Below, in pieces: positions 1 to 12,908 of a stretch of DNA of 64,000 bases. The stretch's first letter is position 1. Each line of letters opens with the position of its first letter. Made by a program: the position numbers and the translations under genes. The notes under the pieces are model-generated. The model did not search any database and was not told the DNA's origin. It worked only from the letters and a program-made list of their open reading frames with translations. The stretch is from Sphagnum compactum (lineage: Eukaryota), in contig OZ234493.1 of NCBI GenBank assembly GCA_965153455.1, positions 18,528,213 to 18,592,212 of the forward strand. Direction: 5' to 3'.

Positions 1-3000
1 TGTGATAAATGTCGAAGAGGTTTAATATTGGGAGACCTGTCAAATATAGCGGTGGAGCTGGAGTTGTTGGCTTCTGGCGACAGTGGAAGGTGCACAACAC
101 GCGGACGATGGTGGCCTTCCCTGTATAAACGGATCAACCCTATCCATGTGATTATTTACGAGCTACCAGCTGGCTCGACAAATTCGAACCTTCCGTTGCA
201 TTGACTCATCCATCGAACAATAACACCAAGATCAGCCGGTCCCCATGTGGAATTCCCGATTGAATCAGAGATAATAAAAACGTTTCCTTCTCAGCTGCAT
301 ACATACAATTAGGGTCTCGTTCCATTAGGTTGCTGATCGTAGAGTTACTGCAGCCTAATGGGAAGCCACTGTCATAGGGCCTTGTTTCTTGCTGCAAGGA
401 TAGACGCTTCCCATCGGAGAGATGCAAGTGCATTGTAAATATGTAATTAATCAGGTTGGGAACTCTGGGAACACATGTTCTAATGAAAAAAAAAAAGATG
501 TCAGTATATGGTGAGTGACACTTTTACTCATAGCTCCTGCAATTGGTCAATGCCTGACCGATAGAGCTCTGCGATCACTGTGAGCACTGCCAGTTGAAAA
601 AACCATAATGCAAAGCTACTCTGATCGCGGAATCAGAGCAACCTCAGGGATAAATGTCCTTAGTGGTGATATGTTCTTCAGAAACATTCTTCCATAATTA
701 CAAGAGGAGATAAATGATAATTGCAATGTCCATTATTAAAATGTGCAATACTACTTGGAAAATATTCTTGGACCCCAAGTTGGGGAAGTGGCATCAATAT
801 AGTACAACTAGATATATAGTTCGAGGATCTTGAACTAAGTTTGGAGTTGTAAGCAAAACATTCGTCCATCAAACTCGAGAATCCACACTTTAGATAAACT
901 TCAAAAGTACATAAGCATCACTATTAAAATTTACACAATATTTCGTTGACGCAAGATTCAATTCCAGCTGGTACGCATGACTATCCAAATAATTTCTGCT
1001 CAAATGATGGAACAATTCTTAGCACAGTACAGGATAATTTGATCAGCATAAAATCTGGATTAGTTTCAGTGTGCAGGCCGGGTTTTGCAGCGCAAAGTCA
1101 TTGTTCAAGATAAAAGTCTGTCAATATTTGGCTGGTGAAGTTACTGCAGCTGCAATAGAATAAAATCAGGTAGACGCGTGTACAGACATGAGGACTTTTA
1201 AAAGAAGCGGATAATATCGCTTCTGTTACGTCGTCGTAATTAAGTCGATCTTTTACTGCATTAGTAGAGAATGCATGCATGGCTTTTATAAGAAAGTTCA
1301 GTGGTTATTCTGGCAAGTTTGGTAAATACTAAAGCGGGAGCACAACACAATGACCTGCCTCAGAACACCTAGATAAAAATAGGAGCTTGAAGGGGACAAA
1401 TCATGAGAGAGTTGTGCACGCCGACGCGAATTGTCATTTTAATCTAATGTGTGCCATCACCTAATGTCAATTTGTCATTATAATGTTATATATGCCACAA
1501 TAGACACCACATATCTAGTACATTGTAATGGATGAAACCACAAAGTTTACCTCACGCATGTGTCATGAGCCCCGGCTTTTTTTATGAGAAAAACCACATT
1601 CTTTTCTAGTTGGAGTTATATTATAGTACATGGACTATATTGCACTTGCACAACTATTTAGCGTAATTCCAATTTTGTCATGGTGGTTGGGATGCCCAAC
1701 TACCTGACAGTAGTGGCCTTGGACTCATTCTTATTTTGAATCAACCTGGGAAGAAGCTCCTCGATTGACCTGTAGGGAACTTGTTCGACCCTATTTTAAG
1801 GCTGAAACTCAAGAATCATTGGCACTTTACATATATTTCTATAACCGTACGTAAGCTCAAGCTGCTGTTTCGGCGGATTCGACCGGGCCAGATTTCAGGC
1901 TCTCGCGGATCGGCTCCAACATTTCATGGAAGCAAATTAATTATAAAGCATAATCTAAGCAAGTGATTAAGTCTTGAAACATTGATAGGTAAGAGCGTGA
2001 TCTAGTCCTGGTGGACGGTTGTGATGCTGAGTATCGATGGATCTTTCAAGAGGGAATTATCTCAACTCCGTGGTTCATAACCGATCATTGAGCCATGGCT
2101 CATTTTGGAAATTCCTGGGCCTATTTAAGCACGGCAGCTGGATGCGTACAAAGAACGATTTGCTAGCCGTAATTGGGCTAAGCAAAGATCTACAATCTCT
2201 TTTAGGTCGGTAATTAGACCTAACAAATAAGCCGTGCAGGGATATTCAGTTGAAGGAAACCACCGTCAGAGTGCCTAGGGTTTCTATCTTCATGGTACTA
2301 GCTACGGGGTTGCCAATATCGGTGGCGCGCCGGCCAAAACATGCTGTAGGTGGACATCTGTAGTACTGCGCATGTCGTCCAAAACCAAAATACAGCAGAC
2401 CCCCGGCGTCAACAGTACGTCCCGGTGCTGTACAAGATGCAGGAGCAACTGACTTCTTCCTTTCTGTTAAATGCTCTGGCCCTTGTCTGAGCCAGGTTCT
2501 TTCACTCTGGATATTCAGCTTTCATGAGTCGAGTCGCTTTAATGCTGTACACTTTAGAAACTTTTCGGCGCCGTTGTGGGCCCTTGTTCAGGCATTGAGA
2601 TTCTATCATAGACCCTTTGCTTCAGAGCGAAAGATTTGATTCCCGTTGTTTTCTCAACTCCAGACACCATTTCTGGTAACTAACAGCTTCCGCTGCGATC
2701 TCTCTCAAGTGTTGAATCCAGATTCCAGAACCGACTAGTCTCGTTGGTTTCCTGTTCACTAGTTTGTCAAGTTCCTGGAGTCGAGGCTTATCATACTTTC
2801 TTTTCCGTGGGATTTATTGCAAACGGAGTTTCTGGTCCTCGCGCCCAGCTTTGAGCCAGGTCTCTCGGAAGTCTCCTTGGTCAGAACTTCGAAATCTTCC
2901 TAGTACCTTGATCTTCGAGCGTGAAGATTTAGCGCGCCGCGTCAGGGTTTTTGTTTTCCAAGTGCTAGTTGTTCCTTACTCTAAACCGGATTTCGCCAAT

Positions 3001-3327
3001 TTATTCCGACAGGTTTGTCGTGCTTTGACGGTTTTGCTTCGCTTTTTGAGGAGGGTTAGTAGGGACAACCGCTTTTGGAAGCATGGTCGCACGGTTTTCT
3101 CAGTTTAGTCTCATACGCCCAGCAGGTTGCATATGAGGGAGTTTTCGAACCCTCGTCGAGGTCTTTGTATACTCATCAAATTCCTGAAGGTGTCTCGTGG
3201 CAGAGGACCATGGATTTAGCTTCTGTGTTGCGCAGACCTATGCTGGTGTGTTCGGAAAACGTTCAAGATTATCACTTCGGACAAGAGATCATTTTCGATT
3301 AGGTGGCTGGTCTCAGGTTTAAAGGGT

Positions 3328-4947
3328 ATGGCAGGACCAGGCGGGACAAACACTGCTTGTGCTGCGTGCAAGTACCAGCGACGCAAGTGTGCGCCTGACT
3401 GTCCGTTGTCGCCGTACTTTCCAGCCGACCAGCCGAAGCGCTTTGCAAACGTGCACAAGCTGTTCGGAGTGAGCAACACGTTGCGCATCCTAAAGCATGT
3501 TGACCCTAGCCAGCGGGAGGACACAGTGAAATCAATTGCGTACGAGGCCGACACGCGGGAGAAAGACCCGGTGCACGGGTGCTTGGGTGTCATCATTATG
3601 CTCCAGAATCAAGTCTCAAAGCTAAAGGACGAGCTCGCAATGGCCCGCGAACAGCTCTACATGTTGCAGCAGCTGCAATGCTTCGAGAGCCAACAAGCAG
3701 CTCAGTCCCAGCACCCGATGGTGGCGTCGTTCGCAGGCGTTTCTAGTAGCAGTGTGTATGCGCCCGGCCCTGTTTACGGAAGCAATGCAGTTCTCATGCA
3801 TCAATCACAGAATAATTATTGCGGTTTGGACAACAACCATCTCTCTGGCTCCATGATCAGTTTGGATGATCATTACAGCTTGCGGCATGAAAGCTTCGAT
3901 CCACTCAAATTGCAAAGTGCTACGTATGATCACAGGTGATTCTCGTTCCATGAACTAGGATATCCTTAGAAACTAATGGAATTGTTCTCATGAATTTGCC
4001 ATCAGCTTGTCAACTGGTGCTAGGGTATTCCGAGAGAGCTCTGCTGCACTATAGTACACGGTACTAGCTTGCAGAATGCACCTCTTATCATGCTTCCACA
4101 CTCAGCTAGCTGTTCATGAGTCTTAGACGAACATAGGATTCTCATCTCGACCAAGCTCTACTCGCCAGCTATAAGGATGAAATACTTCTAGAGACCTTTA
4201 GAGGACAAAAGAATTGGCTTGTACATATAACAGACCTAGCCGCAACAGATCAAGAGAGGTCACTGATCAGTCGATCTGCATTTGCCATTTGACGTCTTAG
4301 AACACTTGAACGACAGCTTGCACAGCTCTCCTCAGACTCTGGAGTGTGCACTTGAATTAGTATCATCTGTTGCTTGACGTGAAAGATTGGGGATTCACTA
4401 CGGCGTCTCGAGCCGAGTCTGATCGAGTATTTGAGCATATGTCCAACGATTGGAAGTTATAAAAGAGAGAGGATATGCAGGACTAGCTGCTGGGAGGTTC
4501 AACCTTGAACATCTAACCGAGCTCAAAGCTGATGCAATTTGGAATGTGAGCAGGTACGGTATAACCGAAGCTGATTCGAGCGCACTACACCAGGTCTTAG
4601 CGATGGGACATATGAAAGCAGCTCATGATCGGGCTGAGGCGGAGTTACCAAGAATCGGAAGTTACTTCGGAACAACTGGTCATATGAGTTCAGATCAGTT
4701 CGACGTCGACATCCCCGTTAGCCACCCTCCTCACATGAACAATGAAGCTGCGACATTAGAGCAAGCTGATCAGCAGAGCAATATGCACACGAGGGCACTT
4801 TCCAATGGTCTCGTAAACCTAGCTGTAACATCATCCGACACTAGCGACATAAGGAGAGCGAATTATAACTTGGGCATCGATCACGTCGGTAGAGACCACG
4901 AATTGAGAAGAGCTGGCGTTTATCTTACCTTAACCAACCAGCACTAA
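3328..4947 (+). CDS. LBD: Class I LOB-domain (LBD/AS2-like) transcription factor, LBD27/LBD22-like; join(3328..3935,4554..4947), about 333 aa
   Basis: C-block CAACKYQRRKCAPDC (CX2CX6CX3C), GAS block FANVHKLFGVSN...DPVHGC, and leucine-zipper-like LQNQVSKLKDELAMAREQL. The donor CACAG|GTGAT at 3936 is phase 2. It joins in frame to acceptor GAGCAG|G (AG 4552-4553, CTAAC branch at 4513) and continues in the 4450..4947 ORF. Exon 2 is inferred from phase matching only. Subclade assignment is from recall of the CAACKYQRR motif. Confidence 0.9.
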
Positions 4948-6882
4948 TTATGCAGCTAGTGCTTCTCTCTGCTTTTCTTCCGAATTCATCAGCTTTCATG
5001 AGACTTCATGGTCTCCCAGGGAAACTTGAAGTGTATTAGTGATCACCACTCCGGGGTCAGCTGCTTGACATTTGGTGTTGAGCTCCAGAGTCATTTGAGG
5101 CACGCTAGTTGGGGTTGGAAGTTCGTGCATTATTACTGGAGACTACAAAATAGTACGAGCGGAATGGTTATAAACTGCATTGAAAGTTGAACGTTTTGGA
5201 TCAGCCCAACTCCATTCACCGTTGACGGTCAGCCAGTTAGGAGTTATGGAGCTGGTTAGGAGACTGCAGAGGACTTCTCTTCGCATTGCCCATTGTACCA
5301 CTGGTAAACACATAAGTAGCTAGGAGATCAGTACAGAAAGATTTTGGAACTCACGCGAAGTTGAAAACACTCCAACACTTCGCCTGCACTTGTATAACAA
5401 ATTACAATGTCTAGGTGGGTAGTTAGACCCTTGGATCAGTGATCAGGCGTTAGGGGACAGGCGCTGTTTTCAGGACAAGTTTTCTCCTTCACAGCTAGGA
5501 TGGCAACTAGTTCTAGGTTTCATTCGTAAAGGGAATAGCTAGGGCGCAGTACTTGCAATGTGTGGATTGAGCTCCAGCTGACTACATATTCGTCTCAACC
5601 TTGAACCAATGGGTTTGACAAGACTAGCTAGCTAAATGTGGATCACGTCCATTACGTCTGAGTTATTGTCAAGTATAACTTTGAAAGGAAATTGATGAGA
5701 GCTTATTGAGTCGAAGTTGTATTAAATTGGGCTGCTCTTGCATGCAAAGCTACTCGACTCGAGAATCAAGTTCAGCTGATTGTAAAGGAGATTTTAGCAC
5801 GCTCATTTTGCAGATCACCTCGTGTGGAACTTCAAACTGGACTATGCCTGGATCAACCGGATGTGCTGTAAAGTGTCTCATGCGTTTGTGTGATCCGTTT
5901 GAACTTCGTTTCACTGATTATAACATAAGCTTTACCTGTTTAAAGTGAAACTCGGGCAATTCTAGTGTAATTGGATTAAGCATTTAACTTTTGAGTCAGA
6001 CTTTAGGTGTAGAGTCTCTTGAGTCTTTAAACATTCTTCTTGAGTTCTCTAAGTTTCCTGTTCTTTGGAATAATTAATGCATGCCAGACCGTGCTTAGAT
6101 GATTTATTTTGGTTGCTTTCTGGCTCCCAGCTGAAACATTGCGTTCTTGCTCCTGACCAGGATGGACTAATGAATCTATCTCTGTTGAACCCAATAGATG
6201 ATAATACAAACATCGCACTGAATCTCTAGTACCTCTTTCTTTGCAGGGTTGACACCAATGTTGGCTCATTATATTCTGGGTTGCCAGTTAACCAGATCTG
6301 TCGGGTGCAGCCTCCCACTGGAACCGGACCTGTGCTACATGGCTGGACTCATAAAACTGGACCTGGAAGTGGCCAGTTGAACTACTGGATCTCCGATCTG
6401 GAAACATCCAGATGCATGAATTATCAGAACCCATGATGCCTCTGGATTATTCTTGGTCGGTTGAATTTCATCAAACCCATCATGTGAAGTGCTGCAATAT
6501 TTCTTCAAGTAGTTACTAGCTCCTCCCTGGTTCAGTACATTACTAGATATATGTCAGCTTGACCTGCAATGTTACCTGTCACCTTACCACTTATCATGTC
6601 AAACTGTTCAACAGAACATGCAAAACTCAAACCTGCATTTATAGATATAATAATGTGCCAAAAAAAGTTCACAAGAAGACTGATGTACATACCATGCATC
6701 CTGCACAAGTTGTAACTAGATTGACATAAGCTCTAACTTGTGAACAATTTTGAGTTATGTCATTTCAAGTAATTCTACAAATTGGCTTCAAAATTTGTAT
6801 CTGCTAAAGCTCCAGCAGCTGGGTTCATGTGCAGAGTTTTACATTTATTTTTCTATTTTTCAATATGAAGAATTATTGTATA

Positions 6883-8250
6883 TCTATCAATGAAGCAAGG
6901 TAGTTTGTTTGTTTTGTTTTGTACCGATGAGATCCACCAACCCGGGATGTTTCAGATCGCGTTCTTGGTCTCTTTGGAAAGCTCTCTAGAGGATGAGGGG
7001 TGCATCGGCTTGGTTTCATGGCGTTTGGACTTGCGGTGTAGAGGTTCTTGAATATTGAATGATTTCTTCCCTGAAAATTAAATTAAATCTTAGCTCGAAA
7101 TTTATGAGGAATTGGAATCTGGCTTTGGTGTTGTTGGAAAGATCTTGATGAGCAGGATTTAATGGAATTTATTTGGTAAGATCTGGATTCAGAATGCGGG
7201 AGATATTGATTTTTAAGTGATTTCTACTGCTGAGAATTCAAATAAATTCCCAAAAAACCAGGTTTTGAAAGGAAAAATCAGTTGAGAACTTGTTAACACA
7301 GGCCACATTAGTCGATCTATGAAGGAAGGTTTTGTTTCATAGTTAGCAGATCCACCAACCCGGGATGCTTCAGATGGTGTTCTTGGTGTCTTTGGAAAGC
7401 TCTTGACAAGGAGGGATGCATGGGCTTGGATCCATGGCGTTTGGACTTGCAGTGCAAAACTTCTTGGATATTGAATGATTTTTTCATTGAAATTTAAATT
7501 AAATCATAGCTGAAAATTTTAGAGGAATTGGAATGTGCCTTTGGTGTTGTTGGAAAGATCTTGATGAGCAACATTTAATGAAATTTATTTGGTAAGATTT
7601 GGATTCAGAATTTGGGAGATATTGATTTTTAAGTGATTTTTGTAGTTGAAAATTCAAATAAATTCCAAAAAACCAAGTTTTGGAAGGAAAAATCAGTCAA
7701 GAACATGATAACACTTGAAAGCTTACCATTCAATTCAAACATAATTTCCTTTCATATTTGGCCATTCAACAAGTTGATGCATACATTGCATAAGAACGTT
7801 CACATGTGAAGTTCCCTATTTTGTAAGGGGTTCACACTTGGGCCAATGGCACAGGCCACACTAGTCTATCTATGAAAGAAAGTAGTTTGTTTTATTTTAT
7901 TTTGTAAGTATGAAATCCACCGAACTAGGATGTTTCAGATCATGTTCTTGATGTCTTTGGAAAGCTTTTGACGAATAGGGGTGCATGGGCTTGGTTCCAT
8001 GACGTTTGGACTTCCAGCGCAAAAGTTTTTGAATATTGAATGATTTTTTCAATAAAAATTAAATTAAATTGTAATTGAAAATTTTGGAGGAATTGGAATG
8101 TGCCTTTGGTGTTGTTGGAAAGATCTTGATGAGTACAATTTAATGGAATTTATTTGGTAAGATTTGGATTCAAAATGTGGGAGATATTGATTTATAAGTG
8201 ATTTGTACCATTGAAAATTCAAATAAATTCCAAAAAATCAGTTGAGGACG
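6883..8250 (+). mobile_element. Head-to-tail array of three non-autonomous Helitron-like elements (6883-7311, 7312-7864, 7865-about 8250 truncated)
   Basis: Each unit starts TC(T/G)ATC(T/A)ATGAA, and the units share the body GATCCACC...TTTGGAAAGCT...GTTGTTGGAAAGATCTTGATGAG. The two complete units end ACAGGCCACA(C/T)TAG. Junctions read TTAG|TC (7311/7312) and CTAG|TC (7864/7865). There is an A before the first TC, and no TIR or TSD. Confidence 0.7.
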
Positions 8251-11200
8251 TTTGGTTTTCAAATTAAAAATATTTTTAAATTATAAAATTAATTAAAATA
8301 TATATTTACCCTTGACAACTAATATATGTGTGACTTTATATTTTTATTCATATATTTTGTAAATTCAAAGAAAAGTTACATTCCTAATTTTATCTTGATG
8401 ATTTTTTTAATTGGCAAGTTTTGTTAAACTTGGTATAATGTTAGTTATAAGACATTAACCTTTTTTAACTAATGTTTGAAATTTGGGTGAAAACACATTA
8501 TGGGTGAACCACTTTTGTTAAAAGAAGGTGATGTACATATAACAAATATCATAATATAGAATAAGGTCAAATTTTGATGTTATATAGGATTGAAAATTCT
8601 AAACATAAGGAAAAAATTAAAATGTGCATGATAGCATTATAGAATTCAAAGTTCACTGTGAATCAAATTTAATTTTGATCCAATAGTTAAATAAACAGGA
8701 TTGAATAAAATCAATGTATTTATACTTTATTTGATGGCCATAAAGTCTCATGTTCGTGATTCATGACACATTACTATACAAAAAAAAATTGAAAAAATAG
8801 TATAATGCACAATTACGAAAATAATAAATAAATAAATAAAATTGGCAATGATTTTTTAATGAAAATATTATTATTCATTTATTGTTCAAAAACTTTTAAA
8901 AACACACTTTTTGAATTCATGGATTTTCAACCAAACAATTTAAACTTCAAAATGATCATAGATTCCATTTACATATATCAATATCATTCACCAAAAGGGT
9001 GAAAACATGCTAAAGTATACAATTAAATGTCCTTGATTTATAATGGAGTAAAAAATGAAATAATTTTTGACAAAACACAAGAAAATTTATTCAAATTTTA
9101 TTTAAATTTCATTTTGAAACTAATGTGGTGCCTTCCATTTGGTTTATATTAGGGTCAAAACAAGATAAAGTAAACAAAAAAAGTAAATGCCTCCACTTCA
9201 ACCTTGTGCCACTCATATAACTATTATAAAATAGCATCAAATTAGGTAGAAATATGTGTCAAGTAACATTAGTTTGCTTTATCAAGTTTATAAGAATCTA
9301 ATTTAAAAAAACTTAAAAGCAAATGAATTTTTAAAATAGTAAAAAGTACATTCGAAATCGACTAAAAAATACATGTTCAAACTTATTTTTTAATTGGAAA
9401 AATTAATGAATATGATATGTAATAAGTTAGGAAATGAATATTAACATATGTTTTAGCAAGTCATCACAAAAAAAACACATTTCCTTTTTATACAAACCTA
9501 CTTGACACCTACTTGAAACTAAAAGCACATAGTGAAAAATAGACGTCAAAAGCTACTTATATTTTGAAAAATCTACTTGTAACTTACTTTTACAATTTCA
9601 AATATGAAAATCAATGCACATTAGTGTAAACATAAATATTATATTTAATAATTGAAATGAAAACATTCAATGTTCCACAATTCTATAATGGGTTTTGTTG
9701 TCATTTTAAATCTACTTGTTCTAGTTTTAACAAAGTAATCAAGTTATTCACTTTATCTTGCTTACACCCATTAAGTTGAATACAAAATTTGAAAAACTTT
9801 GGAATAATAAAAGTAAGGAACAAGTATTTTTGAATTTGACTAGTCAATATGGTGTTCAAAAGTACATTTTCATTAGAAAATTTAATGAAATACATTTATG
9901 TGAAATTATATTGTATATTCAAAAGAAGGAAAATAAATATATTTTATTTTCTCTTTGGTAGAATATACTTGAAACAAATTTTACTCAACAAAAAGTATGC
10001 TTCAAAATTATTTACATTTTTTTAAGTCTACTTGAAACCTACTTTTTTACATTGTAAAATTTTTAAATTAATAATGAATAAGTATCTTGTTTTTTATCAT
10101 TTAAGTAAAAATATTAAATTTATAATAATGTTTTGCTGGGTTTTGGTCCTATATAATATTCCAATAAACTTTTTTTACATATTAAATCTATAATTGCAAC
10201 GAAAAAAGGGGGGAAAATTTTAACAAAGGAAAATAATCATATTTTGCATAAAAATGAATATTTCCCAACCCAAGTTTAAAACAACTTGGAGTTCAAGTAT
10301 GCAATAGTTAAAAGATTCACTATTACAAAATGTGGATGTTGTTCACTAATCCTCATTCACTAGACTGGTAGATTCACTACATCCCCACTAAATCCCATTC
10401 ACTATTACTAATGAGTTCACTCAAAATCCAACACAATAACTTGGTGTATGAGGACACCTTTTGTTGTAATGATTAGATGTGTAAATTTGTTGTCAAATTT
10501 TTTTATGGTTGTGGAATTTTTTTCAATGTTGCAAAACTTATTCATTTTATAGTATATGATATTTGATGTTGAAAATTATGGTCTAGAAATATTTATGGTT
10601 TAATTATCAAAAGCTAAAATTGTCGACATTATTAATTGATGTGAAAAATGACTAGATTTATGGTTAGGAAAAAAAATGATATTGGTTGGATATAGGTTGT
10701 GTTATTATTTGCAATGGATGTGCACAAACACATTTGATAGACCTTCATTCAATAGTATAAATGTACATGCCCAAAAGGGGATTCTTTGTAAAAGAAATTA
10801 AATACAAGTGGCAAAGGAAAACATTGCATATTACAATACACTTTAACTAAAACATGAAACAATTAAAGAAATTAGGTGTATGTACTTTTTAGTGGCTCAT
10901 TTTAAGTAGATATAACATTCCCTACCAATCCTTTATGAATCCATAAAATGTGTTCAAATAAACATGGTTATTACTTCCACTACGAGAAATTGTGTCCAAA
11001 AAAACCTCACTATCCTGCAATTACATTGCAACTATCCTATGTAAATACAAAAAAATTAAAAATAAAATTTCATGTCAAAAATTCTTGAAAATCTATTGTA
11101 ATTGCATATTAGTCCCAAGACGAACCCTTTTATAAATGAATGTACACACCATATATACAATTCTGGTCAACCATGTTTGACTTTGTTGAAAAGTTACACA

Positions 11201-11959
11201 AATGTCACATATGACAATTATAATACAACTAAAATAAATTAAGCATTCATTAACAACTTTTCCAAGCAATTATTTTACAATTACTAAAGATTTTCATAAA
11301 GTCACCTTATATTCACCCTATCTTTCAACCTCCTTTCACCCCCTATCCCCTTTTTGAGTGAAGTCTGCAAAATTAAAAAAGTATTAAATTTAGTTATGAA
11401 ATGATGAAATTTAACATTTAATGCACAAGGTTCAAGAATAATTATAATAGTTGTATAGGTAAGAACAATGAACATATATGTAATAGTCGTGGAGGCACTC
11501 AAGAAAAAGGATAAAAGAATAAGATGAAATTCATCTTACCACAAAAAAATGGTGTGTTTCTGAATTTCACCCGTTGTTGAATGCTAATGTATTTTTCTGT
11601 AGATTTTTTTTTAATCTCACCTCGTTTTGGACCTAGTTTAAGGTTTTGGTGCTTTGTTTTGTTGACTTTACAAAAAAATCTACTATATTGAATTTTTGTG
11701 CACCTACCCAACTACTAGCTACAATAATTACTATTATTATACATTAATATTTAGACTCCAAATTAACGATTAACATTAGTACTTCTTAATTATTATGAAC
11801 TATAATAATTAGTGTACATAGTAAATAAATTATGTTAAAGTATAACCACCCATCATCGATCATTGGTCAATGATTGAACAATTTTGAATCTTTATTGTTT
11901 CATATCTATTTTGTGTGATGTAAAGCATCATGGGAATGTCAAAGTAAACTTTACATGAA

Positions 11960-12908
11960 CTGATGTGACCTATGTCATTGGCCCAAGTGTGAACCCCTTA
12001 CAAAATAAGAAAACTTAACATGCGAACATTGTTTTATAATGTATGTATTGATTTTTTGAATGGCCAAATATTAAAGGAAATTATGCTTGAAATGAATGGT
12101 ATACCTTCAAGTATTATCACGTTCTCAACTGATTTTTCCTTCCAAAACCTGGTTTTTTGGAATTTATTTGAATTTTCAATGACAAAAATCACCTTAAAAT
12201 CAATATTTCCCACATTCTAAATCCAAATCTTACCAATAATACCAAAGGCACATTCTGATTCCTCCAAAATTTTCAGCTATGATTTAATTTAATTTTCATT
12301 GAAAAATTCGTTCAATATTCAAAAACTTTTGCACCGCAAGTCCAAACGTCCTGGAATCAAGCCCATGCACCCTTCTTCGTTGAAAACTTTCTTTCCAAAG
12401 AGACCAAGAATGCGACCTAAAGCATCCTGGTTCAGTGGTTCTCCTATCTACAAAACAAAACCTTCCTTCATAGATAGACCAGTGTGGCCTATGCCGTTGG
12501 CCCACGTGTTACCACATCCTCAACTGATTTTTCCTTCCAAAACCTGATTTTTTTGAATTTTTTTGAATTTTTAGCAACATAAAAACATTTAAAATTTAAT
12601 ATCTCCCACATTTTGAATCCAAAACTTACCAAATAAATTCCATTAAATCTTGCTCATCAAGATATTTCCAATAACACCAAAGGCACATTCCAATTCCTCC
12701 AAAATTTTCAGCTACGATATAAGTTAATTTCAGTGAATAAATCCTTCAATATTTAAGAACTTTTGCATCACAAATCTAAACATTATGGAATCAAGCCCAT
12801 GCACCCCTCTTCATCTGAGCTTTTCAAAAAGATCAAGAATACAATTTGAAGCATCCTGATTTAGTGGATCTCATCTATACAAACAAACTACCTTGTTTCA
12901 TAGATAGA
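11960..12908 (-). mobile_element. Two head-to-tail copies of the same Helitron-like family, reverse orientation (12908-12479 and 12478-11960)
   Basis: The reverse complement reads A|TCTATCTATGAAAC... and has an internal junction GGCCACACTGG|TCTATCTATGAAGG at 12479/12478. The body is homologous to 6883-8250. Confidence 0.7.

Noticed and set aside
75-86. TGGCGACAGTGG resembling a tRNA primer-binding site
   Set aside because: No adjacent LTR end or downstream retroelement ORF is visible in the window.
4450-4553. Independent gene starting at 4450, or acceptor at 4480
   Set aside because: The start is TTG, and the 4480 acceptor is out of phase with LBD exon 1 (it leads to a stop after a few codons). 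The 4553 acceptor restores the frame.
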